Origin: a virus
Lineage: Duplodnaviria; Caudoviricetes
Length of the DNA: 64,000 nt
IMG/VR virus record: IMGVR_UViG_2974623298_000001
Span: 12,262-76,261 of that record
Strand: one strand, 5' to 3'
Shown here: positions 18,150-28,897 of the stretch, one piece after another
Layout: the number at the start of each line of letters is the position of its first letter
Position numbering within the stretch: the stretch's first letter is position 1
Notes under the pieces: generated by a model
Databases searched by the model: none
Seen by the model: only the letters and a program-made list of their open reading frames with translations
Told to the model about the DNA's origin: nothing
Made by a program: the position numbers and the translations under genes

Positions 18150-20677
18150 GTCGCATACTGCACAGGCCGAACCAGGCTGTAGACTACGGAACAGTTGAGA
18201 CCAACGGCGCTGGAAACGTACTCGGCGACAACAACAACGACACTCGGAAGCAGTACTACGAGGACTCGGGCAGTATCCTGCTGTACCCGACCTTCGATCC
18301 GACCGTCATCCCGCCGGGGCGCGAGATCATTGCCGTGCGCGCAGGCCATCGCCATGAACAGGGTGGATCGCTGATTGCCCTGCACAACGGTTGGGTCATG
18401 GGCTTCCTGCGTGTGTCCAACCAGCGGCTGGCCAACTCGCGTGCCTATAAGCAGGACGGGTACAGTACGACTGCGCGGGCGGTCGAGGGTCCGGCGATCT
18501 ACAACTCGGCGTTCAAGCCCTGGCTGGCGTCCGACATCAACAAGATGACCACCGATGTCGGCGCAGCCACCGGCGAGTTCGGGCCGAACAAGAAGAAGCT
18601 GTGGTGTATTGCTACAGAGGCGTACATCGTTCTGGTTCTCAACGATGATGTCGCTGTGCCTACGATCAACTACCCAGCGAACAATGCAGTCATTGCGACT
18701 AGCTCGGTTGATTTCAAGGGCAACGTCACGGTTACTCAGGAGGAGCAGCCGGTTGCCTGTGTGTTCCAGGTCAGTCGATCATCCAGCTTCAATGACGACA
18801 CAGTCGACACTTTCGTTGGTGGACTGGTGCAGACTGCTGGGCAGACGAGTAACTACGACTCGATTGTGGGCAAGGACTCCTACTCGAACCTGGGTCCAGG
18901 CCAGTGGTATGTCCGAGTCAAGGGCAAGGACTACCGTGGCGTAGAGTCTGCATGGGGTGCGACGACTTCGTTCACCATCACGCACGCAGCACTTCCTGCG
19001 CCGCAGATGACCAACCCCGCCGACGATGCAGTGCGCAACACTCCGTACGGATACCGCGAAGCGAACATTCCCAGCACCCCTCCCGGCGAGCGATACGTCG
19101 GCATCGAGTGGCAGTTCTGCCAGGCCTCTAACTTCACTGGCACAATCGTGTCGTGGAAGAACAACAAGGTTGGACGCTACAACGCAGGTGTCATTGGATA
19201 CTTCTCTGACCCCAACCCCGAGGTGGAGCCGGAGCAATACGGAGACAAAGTCTCGACCGACGACCCCGATCAGTACTTGAAGCAGGGCGTATGGTACGCT
19301 CGTGCTAGGTGTGTCGACGTATGGAATCAGGCCGGACCTTGGTCTACGGTTGTCGACTTCACTGTCACTCACCCGCCCGTCGTGAATCAGCCTTGGCCCA
19401 GTGGCGGCGCAGGGTTCGACGATGACGCTTTCCCTGTGCGCTGGCAGTTCGGTGACGCATGGACTGGTGACGCTCAGAGCGCTTACCGCGTGATTGTTCG
19501 TGATCCCTCGAACACTACAGTCATCCACGACACCGGCAAGATTGCGAGTCCCTTCAACAATGTGAAGGTGATCATCCCTGATAACTGGAAAGAGCAGACG
19601 CTCAACCTGTCTATCCAGTTGTGGGATCGAGATGATGTAGCCAGCCCTATATGGACCGGCACCTTCCGGCACTCGACCGCACCAGTCATCACCCTGCCGT
19701 ACCCAGCGGCCGACGAGGTCGTGATCACCGGCCAGCCGAACCTGACCTGGACGGCGGTCTACGCTCCTGGGCAGTCACAGAAGGCTTACCACATCGCGTT
19801 CATTCGGCGCGATACAGGTGTGGTTGAGTGGAAGACAACCACCACGCAGCTGTCTACCAATAACTTCTGGAACGCACCCTCGGTCATTCTGAAGAACGTC
19901 TCGGCATACCAGCTGGCGCTGACAATCACAGACACGCAGGATTTGTACACCACCCTGCTTCGGAACTTCAGCACAGACTACGTCCGACCTCCGATGATCT
20001 ACTGCTCCGCGTACGTGAACAACTACGAGGAAGCTGGGTACGTACAGATACTGTGGCCAGCTACTGAGGTGGCTCCGCAGTTCGTGGAGTTCCGTTTGTA
20101 CAGGCGCAACGTTGACATTCCCGGTTCGGACTGGGAACATATCGGTACGGTCGCCGATCCAGAGGTCTGGGAGTTTCACGACTGGAGTAGCTCGGGCCAC
20201 TACCACTACCAGTATGCGATCACGCAGGTCGTCATGCTTTATGGTGCGCTTGTCGAATCGCTGCCGGACGAGTACGGCGAGTCGCTGCTGATTCAGTCGA
20301 GCCACTACTGGCTTATCTCTCCGAATGATGAATCGCTCAACACTAAGCTGTACCACATCACCGATGACAAGTACGTTCGTAAGATCGAGAAGTCTCGACA
20401 CACGATCATTGGTGGCGGAGAGCGATTCAACTTCGGCAAGCCCATCGGCATCGAGGGTACGCTGTCCGGACAGATCAAGGGTGGCTCGCCGGTGACTGTG
20501 CGGCAGGCTCGCGAGCGGATTGAAAGGATGCAGCTGGAGATGGCGTACTGCTACCTGCGCGATCCTTTCGGCAACTACACCAAGATCGTGATTGACGACA
20601 TCTCGATCGGACGTATTGCAGGTGTGGGCACCTCTGAGTTCGTTGACATCGAGATTCCATACATCGAGGTGAAGTGA
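18146..20677 (+). CDS. Minor tail protein (Ig/FN3-like repeats)
   Basis: 843 aa, ATGA overlap with the TMP, recurring W..RV..D...W motifs. Confidence 0.8.
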   Translation: MSRILHRPNQAVDYGTVETNGAGNVLGDNNNDTRKQYYEDSGSILLYPTFDPTVIPPGREIIAVRAGHRHEQGGSLIALHNGWVMGFLRVSNQRLANSRAYKQDGYSTTARAVEGPAIYNSAFKPWLASDINKMTTDVGAATGEFGPNKKKLWCIATEAYIVLVLNDDVAVPTINYPANNAVIATSSVDFKGNVTVTQEEQPVACVFQVSRSSSFNDDTVDTFVGGLVQTAGQTSNYDSIVGKDSYSNLGPGQWYVRVKGKDYRGVESAWGATTSFTITHAALPAPQMTNPADDAVRNTPYGYREANIPSTPPGERYVGIEWQFCQASNFTGTIVSWKNNKVGRYNAGVIGYFSDPNPEVEPEQYGDKVSTDDPDQYLKQGVWYARARCVDVWNQAGPWSTVVDFTVTHPPVVNQPWPSGGAGFDDDAFPVRWQFGDAWTGDAQSAYRVIVRDPSNTTVIHDTGKIASPFNNVKVIIPDNWKEQTLNLSIQLWDRDDVASPIWTGTFRHSTAPVITLPYPAADEVVITGQPNLTWTAVYAPGQSQKAYHIAFIRRDTGVVEWKTTTTQLSTNNFWNAPSVILKNVSAYQLALTITDTQDLYTTLLRNFSTDYVRPPMIYCSAYVNNYEEAGYVQILWPATEVAPQFVEFRLYRRNVDIPGSDWEHIGTVADPEVWEFHDWSSSGHYHYQYAITQVVMLYGALVESLPDEYGESLLIQSSHYWLISPNDESLNTKLYHITDDKYVRKIEKSRHTIIGGGERFNFGKPIGIEGTLSGQIKGGSPVTVRQARERIERMQLEMAYCYLRDPFGNYTKIVIDDISIGRIAGVGTSEFVDIEIPYIEVK

Positions 20678-22911
20678 TGCCTCAGCCACCTCGGGAAGAT
20701 ATTCAGCTCGCGTTCGTTGCGCCTACCGTCCAGGTCATTCGGCGTATCGAGATCTACGAGCAGGATGGCACTACCCCATGGATGCAAGAGGCGTGGGACG
20801 AGCTCCTCATCAATGGCACGGTGAGTCTCGACTACAACCGCGATGAGCGTCGTGCGCTGGAATGCGAGCTCGACAACTCGTACGGAGACCTCAATCCTGA
20901 GAACGGTGGACTCTGGTACGACAAGCGATTCAAGCTGTTCTACGGGATCGAGCTAGATCAGGATGATCGTGGAGTGCGCGCGGCGATTGTCGAGGAGTAC
21001 CTCGCCCCAGGACAGGCGGCTGCCATCAAGCAGCACCTGTCCGCGAATGGCATCAGTCAGGTTCACTTCCTTCCGTCGGCCACCGAGTACGACCACATCA
21101 AGGACTACGACGTACTCGTTGCCATCTCGTCGACCAGTCTGCAGAAGCTGGCATTCTTGACTCAGTGCTACAACAAGGGCAAAGGAATCATTACCTTTGC
21201 TAATGACCAGACATCCGCGTCGATGCCGTCTATGATAGGTAGTGCGGGTGCAGCGACGGTGATCGCTGGCCAGCAGCTTGCCTATGCTCCGGTCGCCGGG
21301 GCGTCCGACCTATCCGTGGGGTGGGACGATTGGAGTGCAGAAGTTGTATCAGACAACATCGTTACCTGGGGAAACCAGGGAACCTTCGAAGGCTTGGCAG
21401 AAGGTTCGTGGCCAGGTGGTCACGCTGGGCACACGGTAGTCACAGTCCAGAATGGCCCCAGGGGCATCCCGACTAAGGTGCTTAATGCTCCGAGTACCGG
21501 AAACTATGTCTCGACTCCAGCACTGTTTACCATAACAGCGCAGCCTGGAGATGAGTACTATTTCGAGGTGTGGGTTCGTAAGCTGACCACAGGCGTAACT
21601 GGAGCGCTAGCCTTTGTTCGCCGCACCACTGAGCCGGGAGGCGCCAACCCGAACTACTCGGGTATCAACCTGAACATGAGTGCCATGGTTCAGAATCAGT
21701 GGTACAAAATGTCCGGCACTCTGGTTATCTCGCCCACTCGCACCATCCTCAATCCGTATCTTCAGGTCGCCAACAACGTTCCAGCGGGAGACGTTATTCA
21801 GTGGGATGACATTGTGGTAAGGAAAGTTAATCCCGAGGATACATACCGTAAGATACTTGCGCCTGCGGCGGGTGCCACGTCTGTAGCTACACTGAGCGAC
21901 AGTAACAATGGGGACTCGATTGCCGCCGTCAGCAAGGTAGGCTCGGCGGGGCAGCGGTGGGTACACACTGTCGCGTCGGATTTCAAGGCCGACAACCTGG
22001 GCGGCGAGTACGAGAGTTTCGGCCGCTATGTTTCACGCATTGTATCTTGGGCTTCTTCGTACCAGGCCCTCGACTACTGGGAGATTCAGCTCGGCGAATT
22101 CATGGCCGACTCGATCTCACTCGGAGGTTCCTATGCAACGGTCGCCATATCGGGACGCGATCTCACTAAGCTGTGTCAGCAGTCGAAATTTGTAGCATCG
22201 ACTACGTTTACAAAGAACACGCCTATTGAGAGTGTCGTCAAGACCGTCGCAACGAACGCAGGGATTTCCAAGTTCAAACTGCCGATCACCGGCAAAGTCT
22301 TAGACAAGGACATGACTTGGGAGCGAGACACTGCTCGCTGGGATGTGATTCGTGATGTATCAAACTCAAACAGCTACGAGGTATTCTTCGATAACGAAGG
22401 GTATCTTGTCATGCGTGAGTTCCGCGATCCGCTCACCACTCCGGCCACTCTTGAGCTTAGCGTTGGTGTGGGAGGTAATCTCATATCTCGTGGAGGGAAG
22501 ACTTCCGACGCAAATCTTTTCAATCACGTTGTTGTTGTTGGCGAATCTTCTGATTCATCGACTCCACCTGTCTACGCAGAGGCAATTAATTCTGCAGCGA
22601 CTTCGCCAACCAGCGTGCAGGAGATTGGCGACCGGGTCTCGATAATCACATCGAGTCTGGTTACCAGTGTCGCACAAGCACAAGAGTACGCCAATGCACT
22701 CCTAGCCGTATCGGCACTGGAGGAGTTCGAGCTCTCCTTTGAGTCGACACTTCTTCCGTGGATCGAGGTCGGCGACATAGTGGAGATGAAGAACTCTGAC
22801 GATCGTTACTGGGGACCAGACCGTTACTTGATGACGAGCCTGACGTTCCCGCTCGACCTGAGTCCCATGTCAGGTGCGGGTAAGAGAACGGAAAAGGTGG
22901 AGGGTAAGTGA
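20674..22911 (+). CDS. Minor tail protein (hub-like) with a carbohydrate-binding-like insertion
   Basis: 745 aa, synteny; central WGNQGTFE...WYKMSG...WDDIVV segment. Confidence 0.75.
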   Translation: MMPQPPREDIQLAFVAPTVQVIRRIEIYEQDGTTPWMQEAWDELLINGTVSLDYNRDERRALECELDNSYGDLNPENGGLWYDKRFKLFYGIELDQDDRGVRAAIVEEYLAPGQAAAIKQHLSANGISQVHFLPSATEYDHIKDYDVLVAISSTSLQKLAFLTQCYNKGKGIITFANDQTSASMPSMIGSAGAATVIAGQQLAYAPVAGASDLSVGWDDWSAEVVSDNIVTWGNQGTFEGLAEGSWPGGHAGHTVVTVQNGPRGIPTKVLNAPSTGNYVSTPALFTITAQPGDEYYFEVWVRKLTTGVTGALAFVRRTTEPGGANPNYSGINLNMSAMVQNQWYKMSGTLVISPTRTILNPYLQVANNVPAGDVIQWDDIVVRKVNPEDTYRKILAPAAGATSVATLSDSNNGDSIAAVSKVGSAGQRWVHTVASDFKADNLGGEYESFGRYVSRIVSWASSYQALDYWEIQLGEFMADSISLGGSYATVAISGRDLTKLCQQSKFVASTTFTKNTPIESVVKTVATNAGISKFKLPITGKVLDKDMTWERDTARWDVIRDVSNSNSYEVFFDNEGYLVMREFRDPLTTPATLELSVGVGGNLISRGGKTSDANLFNHVVVVGESSDSSTPPVYAEAINSAATSPTSVQEIGDRVSIITSSLVTSVAQAQEYANALLAVSALEEFELSFESTLLPWIEVGDIVEMKNSDDRYWGPDRYLMTSLTFPLDLSPMSGAGKRTEKVEGK

Positions 22912-24923
22912 ATACAGGGTTCGGCAACTGGGGCAATAGCGTCAAGGCGCATAGTGTCCTGCGTGAGATTGCCAGGAAAGAAATCGAGCGCCTGCGTCCA
23001 CCGTCTCGCCTTGCCGAGGTAACCTCTATCGTCCCTGCCGAGAAGAAGGTGCTGGTCCGGTTCGTCGGCGAGACGAACGTGGTCCCAGTACCGTACACCT
23101 CGACAGCTCCTGCGAACGTGGGTCAGTGGGTTCGCATTGGCGGCACGACTCACGATCGCTACGTCGAAGATGTCATTGGCACAACACTCACTGAGGCGCG
23201 ACTGGAAACAGCCGAGAGTCGAATCGGCTCACTCATGGAGAGTGTTGTCGGCGAGGGCTGGGAAGATGAGGACGATGGGGAGCCGGGAACCTTCACCGGC
23301 ATCATTAGTCAGTACTTCGGCGACATCGAGGGCAACGCTACCGAGGCCCTCGGCCTGGCCGGACAGGCGGATACGAAAGCTGATCAGGCTCAGACGACTG
23401 CCGACCAGGCGAACACCGTTGCGGGCCAGGCTCAGACAACCGCTGGTCAGGCACAGACGACTGCAGATCAGGCGAACACTACTGCTGGACAGGCGCAGAC
23501 GATTGCTGATCAGGCGAATGCTGCCGTCGGTGGGGCTGTAACTGCGGCTGAGGAAGCTGACGAGAAGGCGACACTCGCACAGGAGATCGCCGGTCACATC
23601 ACTGACAATATCAATGCCCTGGGTCAGGGTGTTGCAGCTGGTGTAGATGAGGTTGCGCAGGTCTTCAACACCATCGCTGGCATCTTCACGACAGCAAACA
23701 CTGCTGAGCAAAAGGCTGTGGATGCGCAGACAGCTTTGCAGAACCTGATCAACCAGAACGAAGGCGCCGCAGCTGGTGGTCGATCTGGGCAGGATAACTT
23801 TGATCGACCGAACTCAGCAACACTTGGAAGCGGCTGGGTCTCTACTGGGTATGGAAATATCCGGGCAAACATTGACGCCAGTGGTCGAGTTAACTTCCCT
23901 TATAACACCAGTCCCAGTGGTGATGAGGGTGGTCTTATGTACCACCAGTGGAACGGCGAAGTATCGGTTGGTGACTACTTCCAGAGCACGATCGTATTCG
24001 GTACCGCGTTCAGTGGCAATGGCAACCCTGTGGCGTACCTGTTCAACCGCTGGGATGGACTGTTCGGAACCGCCAATGGGATCAACACTACACCACTGAA
24101 CTGCTGGGCAGTTCGCATCACTCGAGCGGGCGGTCTGACTCTATACCGAGTTGTCAATGGTGTGATGACTTCTGTGGGTACGGGTGATGTAGCCAACATC
24201 ACCTCTGGTGACGCTATCTCACTGCGGTGTGGTTCACTTGCTGGTCCAGGTAACATTTCTGTTGTGGTCAATGGCAATGTCGAGATAGCACACCCCGATC
24301 CGGGCGTAGGCATGATTGGCGCTGCTTATCGTAAGCACGGATTCTCTGGCTATGCAGAGAATCAGGGCTTCCTGGGATGGCAGCAGCCTGCGAGTATTGC
24401 TTCGTACAACTGGTCTGACATTCCCGGTGGCGGCATTCTGCTCGGCAAGGGATTCAGGTTCGCACGAACTTCAACCACTCAGTTCAACATGGTGCAGAGC
24501 GCCCAAGTGCCGGCCAGCACTTTCCAGACTGCTGTATACAGTGAGTCGTGCAAGCCTCTGGCGGGTTCAACACTCAATGCTACCAGGGGCGAGTTCGCTA
24601 TTCCTTTCGAGGGTTGGTGGAACTTTACGTTCGGATTCTATGGACAGACTCCTACTATCACTGCCAACACCAATCGTCGAGTTGATGTTGTAATGTACAA
24701 TGGCCAGGGAGCCTTGTCTACAGCTATACCCATAGGATCGAGTCGTCATCAGCAGGGCTCCACCGCCGCTCGAGCGACGGTGCACGAGGCACACACGTTC
24801 CGAAAGTACTGCCTAGTAGGCGAGCGTGTGGCTCCAGGCTTTGGGGCCGAGCGACTCGATTACATGAATGCCGACGCTGGCGGACATACCTGTTATTTCA
24901 GTGGAGTACTAGAGACCCCTTAG
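22908..24923 (+). CDS. Minor tail protein / tail fibre
   Basis: 671 aa; 7-aa coiled-coil repeats, DNFDRPN lectin-like segment, beta-rich C-terminus. Confidence 0.75.
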   Translation: MNTGFGNWGNSVKAHSVLREIARKEIERLRPPSRLAEVTSIVPAEKKVLVRFVGETNVVPVPYTSTAPANVGQWVRIGGTTHDRYVEDVIGTTLTEARLETAESRIGSLMESVVGEGWEDEDDGEPGTFTGIISQYFGDIEGNATEALGLAGQADTKADQAQTTADQANTVAGQAQTTAGQAQTTADQANTTAGQAQTIADQANAAVGGAVTAAEEADEKATLAQEIAGHITDNINALGQGVAAGVDEVAQVFNTIAGIFTTANTAEQKAVDAQTALQNLINQNEGAAAGGRSGQDNFDRPNSATLGSGWVSTGYGNIRANIDASGRVNFPYNTSPSGDEGGLMYHQWNGEVSVGDYFQSTIVFGTAFSGNGNPVAYLFNRWDGLFGTANGINTTPLNCWAVRITRAGGLTLYRVVNGVMTSVGTGDVANITSGDAISLRCGSLAGPGNISVVVNGNVEIAHPDPGVGMIGAAYRKHGFSGYAENQGFLGWQQPASIASYNWSDIPGGGILLGKGFRFARTSTTQFNMVQSAQVPASTFQTAVYSESCKPLAGSTLNATRGEFAIPFEGWWNFTFGFYGQTPTITANTNRRVDVVMYNGQGALSTAIPIGSSRHQQGSTAARATVHEAHTFRKYCLVGERVAPGFGAERLDYMNADAGGHTCYFSGVLETP

Positions 24924-24932
24924 GAGGGTACA

Positions 24933-25199
24933 ATGATTGAGCAGCAAACAGTAACGTTCGACACTCTGCCCGGAGTGACGATACGCCTGACTCGTGGACA
25001 CGAGGAGTACGGCGACGACTTCATCACAGCAGAGGCGTTCGACCAGAACATGAACATCATTCCCGGCGGTGGAGGTGGGTTCAGAGGTCCATCACCTCAG
25101 GCCCCGGTGATTGTGGAGCCGGACCCCGAACCAGAGTCCGAGGCCCCCGATGTGCCACCCGAGGAGGTGTTGTACGCCAGCGAAGAGGGTAATGCTTGA
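24933..25199 (+). CDS. Hypothetical protein
   Basis: 88 aa with GGAGG RBS. Confidence 0.6.
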   Translation: MIEQQTVTFDTLPGVTIRLTRGHEEYGDDFITAEAFDQNMNIIPGGGGGFRGPSPQAPVIVEPDPEPESEAPDVPPEEVLYASEEGNA

Positions 25200-25249
25200 C
25201 CTGTAGTACCAACGCCTGCTATCATGGGCACATCTTACCAGGAGGTAGT

Positions 25250-25717
25250 ATGACCAACAACTTGCCACAGGCTCCCGGCTCGGTGCCGGTTGTCGGGCCG
25301 AACATCTTCAACATCCGCTCGAAGAACGATTTCATCGGGCTGCTGTATTACTTCATCCCGCTCACGATGGGATTGCTCGTTCTCTACGGAGCGCTCGACA
25401 ACAACACGGCACTCTTCTGGGGTGGCGCAGCCACCTCGCTGATCCAGCTGGTGTTCCAGTACACGCGGACCCAGGAGTTCGCACGGCGAGCGATCTATCT
25501 CGTGCTGAACCTGATCAACGCCGGACTGCTGGTCTACGTCGCGGGCTGGACCCCGCAGCACCTCGAGAACCTGATGCCCCTGCTGTCCCTCCTCCTGGGC
25601 GGAAGCGCCGCAGGTATCGCCAGCCAGAACGTGAACACCTCCGGTGACGGGACTGTGGTCCGGGTGGTCGAGGGTTCTGTCGTGGACGAGCCCCCGAACG
25701 CCCCCGGCTCTTACTGA
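25250..25717 (+). CDS. Holin-like membrane protein
   Basis: ATG at 25250 after AGGAGG; about 4 hydrophobic helices; precedes the lysins. Confidence 0.65.
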   Translation: MTNNLPQAPGSVPVVGPNIFNIRSKNDFIGLLYYFIPLTMGLLVLYGALDNNTALFWGGAATSLIQLVFQYTRTQEFARRAIYLVLNLINAGLLVYVAGWTPQHLENLMPLLSLLLGGSAAGIASQNVNTSGDGTVVRVVEGSVVDEPPNAPGSY

Positions 25718-25731
25718 GCGAGGGCGAAACT

Positions 25732-25773
25732 CCAAACGCGGATCAGGGTCCCCCCGCCCTGGTCCGCGTTTGG
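25732..25773 (+). terminator. Hairpin after the holin
   Basis: CCAAACGCGGATCAGGG / CCCTGGTCCGCGTTTGG. Confidence 0.5.
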
Positions 25774-25797
25774 TCTATCAGACGCTAGGACAAAGAC

Positions 25798-26121
25798 ATG
25801 ATTGTCTACCACAGAAACAATTACAAGCCGGAGTCTTATCCCGAGACCGAGCACCACGTGCGGCAGCACATCTCTGCTATTGCCAGCCCCTCGGATGATC
25901 CGACAGAGTTCTACGACGCCGTCGAGATCGAGACGAGCGAGATTGATGGCGGTGGCATCCGCGTGTACGGACAGCTCGATCGCGACCCAGCCTGTGACTA
26001 CACAGTGCCCGATGACTTCGAGATGCCCGACGAGTCCGAGTACCAGCAGGGCTTCGGTGTCCGCGATATGACGCCCGAAGAGCTGGAACAACACCTGATC
26101 GAGAAGGAGAATCGCAAGTGA
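25798..26121 (+). CDS. Acidic hypothetical protein in the lysis cassette
   Basis: 107 aa; its stop overlaps the amidase start. Confidence 0.65.
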   Translation: MIVYHRNNYKPESYPETEHHVRQHISAIASPSDDPTEFYDAVEIETSEIDGGGIRVYGQLDRDPACDYTVPDDFEMPDESEYQQGFGVRDMTPEELEQHLIEKENRK

Positions 26122-26750
26122 ACGGTGTCGAAGTCGTCGGCGCCATCGCGCGCAGGTTCGTTCAGCTCGGAGGTAAGTCCGTCTACACGCGCGGCTGGGA
26201 GCGCAGAGGTAACGGCCAAGCCCCTGCCTACGAGGGCCTCGTCATTCACCACACTGCCGGAGGTCGCAATGTCAACATCGACCAGATCCTCATTGACGGA
26301 CGCTGGGACCTCCCCGGTCCGCTCTGCAACTTCTGCATCATGTATGACGGCGACCTTGGTATCATCTCTGCGAACCCTGCGAACCACGCTGGCGCAAGCG
26401 GCGGTTGGGATACTGCGCCGCTTCCGCGAACAGGTCTCTTCAACAGCAAGGTCCTGGGTTGCGAGGTCCAGTACCCCGGTGTCGAGCCCATGGCCCAGGT
26501 TCAGTACGAGTCCTGCAAGCGCCTTTCGGTTGCCACGATGGAGGTTCTCGGTCGCCCCGGCCAGTTCGACCGGGTGAAGTTTCACCAGGGAACATCCATC
26601 GAGGGCAAGTGGGACCCCGGCTACGCGAACGGTAAGACCTACGGCATCTCCCAGTTCCGCAATGACGTTCGAGGTATGCGCCAGGGCGAGGACGAGAACA
26701 GTGCTGACTGGCTCGACAATCAGCGCCAGCTGTTTGGATACCCACAATGA
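26118..26750 (+). CDS. Lysin A, N-acetylmuramoyl-L-alanine amidase (Amidase_2)
   Basis: HHTAG, NHAG, CEV and FHQ...KWDPG motifs. Confidence 0.85.
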   Translation: MNGVEVVGAIARRFVQLGGKSVYTRGWERRGNGQAPAYEGLVIHHTAGGRNVNIDQILIDGRWDLPGPLCNFCIMYDGDLGIISANPANHAGASGGWDTAPLPRTGLFNSKVLGCEVQYPGVEPMAQVQYESCKRLSVATMEVLGRPGQFDRVKFHQGTSIEGKWDPGYANGKTYGISQFRNDVRGMRQGEDENSADWLDNQRQLFGYPQ

Positions 26751-27583
26751 CAACGCGCTACCACCCCCTGAAGAAAGGGTATGTGGTTACCAGCCCGTTC
26801 GGTTGGCGCACGTGGGACAATGCAGTGCACTACGGCATTGACTTCGGAGCCTCTAACGGTACCGCCGCCGGATGGGACGTGTACGCCATACAGGCTGGCA
26901 CGGTATTGCATTCCGGCGCAGCGATCGGCTACGGTGGGCCGGACCCTGCGGGCTGGATCGTGATTGATTCGGACGACTCGCAGGGCAGTGGTGTGTTCGA
27001 GTACGGCCACATCGTCCGCGAAAGCTGGGTCAAGCCGGGTGCACGCGTCGCTGCCGGTCAGAAGATCGGTCGGGTCAACGGCTCGAAGCTGACCAACGGC
27101 AACGTGGACCCACACCTGCATGTCTCGTACATGCCTTACGAGTACAACCCGAGCAAGAAGATGGACTTCGCGCCACGCCTCAGGGGTGCTCTCTACGCGG
27201 GCGAAAAGCCTGCACCCGCACCGGCACCCAAGCCTGTGCCAAACGAAGGAGGAACTATGAGTCACGCATCGGATGTGCGCGTCCAGCTCAGAGGACCAGG
27301 CGACAACGGGTGGGTAGCACTCGCCCCACAGCCCGATGAAAAGGGCAATCGCTTCAGCATCTTCAAGGGCAAGAACGTCACCGCCCAGACGGTGGTCGAG
27401 GGTCTCGCGACGGTGATCTTCGAACTCACCTATCGCCTGCCGAACACGGGTCGAGGCTTCGAGAACTACCGGGGCCGCAAGGGCGACACCGTCCTCGGCC
27501 TGGCCGGAAACGCAGCTGCGATCGCCGCAGAGAACCAGGAGATTCTGCGGGACATCCAGCGCAAGCTCGACGCGCAGGCATAG
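26747..27583 (+). CDS. Lysin A, M23 peptidase with C-terminal domain
   Basis: HYGIDF, YGH and PHLH zinc motifs. Confidence 0.85.
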   Translation: MTTRYHPLKKGYVVTSPFGWRTWDNAVHYGIDFGASNGTAAGWDVYAIQAGTVLHSGAAIGYGGPDPAGWIVIDSDDSQGSGVFEYGHIVRESWVKPGARVAAGQKIGRVNGSKLTNGNVDPHLHVSYMPYEYNPSKKMDFAPRLRGALYAGEKPAPAPAPKPVPNEGGTMSHASDVRVQLRGPGDNGWVALAPQPDEKGNRFSIFKGKNVTAQTVVEGLATVIFELTYRLPNTGRGFENYRGRKGDTVLGLAGNAAAIAAENQEILRDIQRKLDAQA

Positions 27584-27586
27584 GGA

Positions 27587-28033
27587 ATGGCCAGGGGGAT
27601 GGGGCCATTCAAGAAAGTCCCGGAAGCGCGTGACAAGGTGGAAGCCTTGCGCGTTTTTCTTGCGATCGAGGCTTACGCACTGAGCCTGTTCGCTATCTAT
27701 TACGGCACACTGACGTTCAGGTTTAGCGATAGCCTGTGGCCTCCGAACCGGAGTGCCTCGTCCGTGCCGTATGCCCCAGAGTCCTGGGGTACTGTAATAA
27801 TCATTATCGCTGTGCTTACCATCATCGTCTCCTCGCGGAGGCTGAAGTGGTCTAAGTACGTGTCATGGACAATGAGAACGATGTGTCTGGTATGGGGAGT
27901 CTTCTCCATCACGTTCTTCGTTGACATCATGAATGGAGCGCCACCAACAGCTTACCCGCCAATGGGATCGTACCTCCTCCTGGCAGTGGTGTGCGCTAAC
28001 AGAGCTAGCCTGGAGGATCAATGGAGAGAATGA
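27587..28033 (+). CDS. Membrane protein (lysis-associated)
   Basis: 148 aa, 4 hydrophobic segments. Confidence 0.65.
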   Translation: MARGMGPFKKVPEARDKVEALRVFLAIEAYALSLFAIYYGTLTFRFSDSLWPPNRSASSVPYAPESWGTVIIIIAVLTIIVSSRRLKWSKYVSWTMRTMCLVWGVFSITFFVDIMNGAPPTAYPPMGSYLLLAVVCANRASLEDQWRE

Positions 28034-28572
28034 AGCGCGCCGTCCGTGTTGGCGCAGGTACATTTCGCAAGACAATACGAGCTGTATTTGGTCACACGAG
28101 GATCGTTGCTTCAGGCTCATACCCCCTATACAGGTTGATCTGTATAGGGGGCGTTATATCAGCAGTACTCACACTGTCATACAGGTCTTGGCCAGCATCT
28201 TTTGCCGAGACAACCGACGACAGTACTGTTGCAGGTGTAATCTTCAGTGCAATGCAATTGGCAGGGTGCGTTTCAGTTCTCGCTGGAATGTACTTCCATG
28301 CGGACGCCGATCCGCTGCCATCGAAGGTTCAGAAGTCGCTGGCAATCGAGCGGTTCGGAACCGTTCTACTGATTCCAGTAATCGCCGCCTACACCTACGG
28401 CGTCATCAAGTCCAACGGTGGGCCACCCACCACTTGGGCCACGCTGTGTCTAGCGGCCTTTGGTATTTATCTTGTGCTCAGGTTCCTAGAAATAGGGAGA
28501 GCACTCGAGGAGGTGCAGCGTCCAATTGAGCAATGTGACGGACACGACTGCAAGGAGCTGAGGAGTGAATGA
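28021..28572 (+). CDS. Membrane protein (lysis-associated)
   Basis: 183 aa, 4 hydrophobic segments. Confidence 0.65.
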   Translation: MERMKRAVRVGAGTFRKTIRAVFGHTRIVASGSYPLYRLICIGGVISAVLTLSYRSWPASFAETTDDSTVAGVIFSAMQLAGCVSVLAGMYFHADADPLPSKVQKSLAIERFGTVLLIPVIAAYTYGVIKSNGGPPTTWATLCLAAFGIYLVLRFLEIGRALEEVQRPIEQCDGHDCKELRSE

Positions 28573-28897
28573 CATCATCACTCTGCTGCTTGGTGGGGGG
28601 CTCGCCGCGAGTGTCATCGAAGCAATCAAGTTCGTTACAACACGCAGACAGGTAAAGCGTAAGGACGAGGCTGCATCTCAGAACGAAGAGGCCTCAGCCC
28701 AGGCCACAATCGGCGGGGCATGGAAAGATCTCTGGCAGACTAACGATCAGTGGAACCAGCAGCTGAACGGTCTACTACAGAGGGAAAGGGAGAAGGGCGA
28801 ACTGTACGTGGATATTATCCAGGCTGCAGCCGACCTTCTCCCTCCCGACAAAGCTGATCCGATACTCGATCGGATGTACAAGGTGCGTCGGACCTAG
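28565..28897 (+). CDS. Single-TM coiled-coil membrane protein
   Basis: 110 aa; last gene of the rightward operon. Confidence 0.65.
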   Translation: MNDIITLLLGGGLAASVIEAIKFVTTRRQVKRKDEAASQNEEASAQATIGGAWKDLWQTNDQWNQQLNGLLQREREKGELYVDIIQAAADLLPPDKADPILDRMYKVRRT

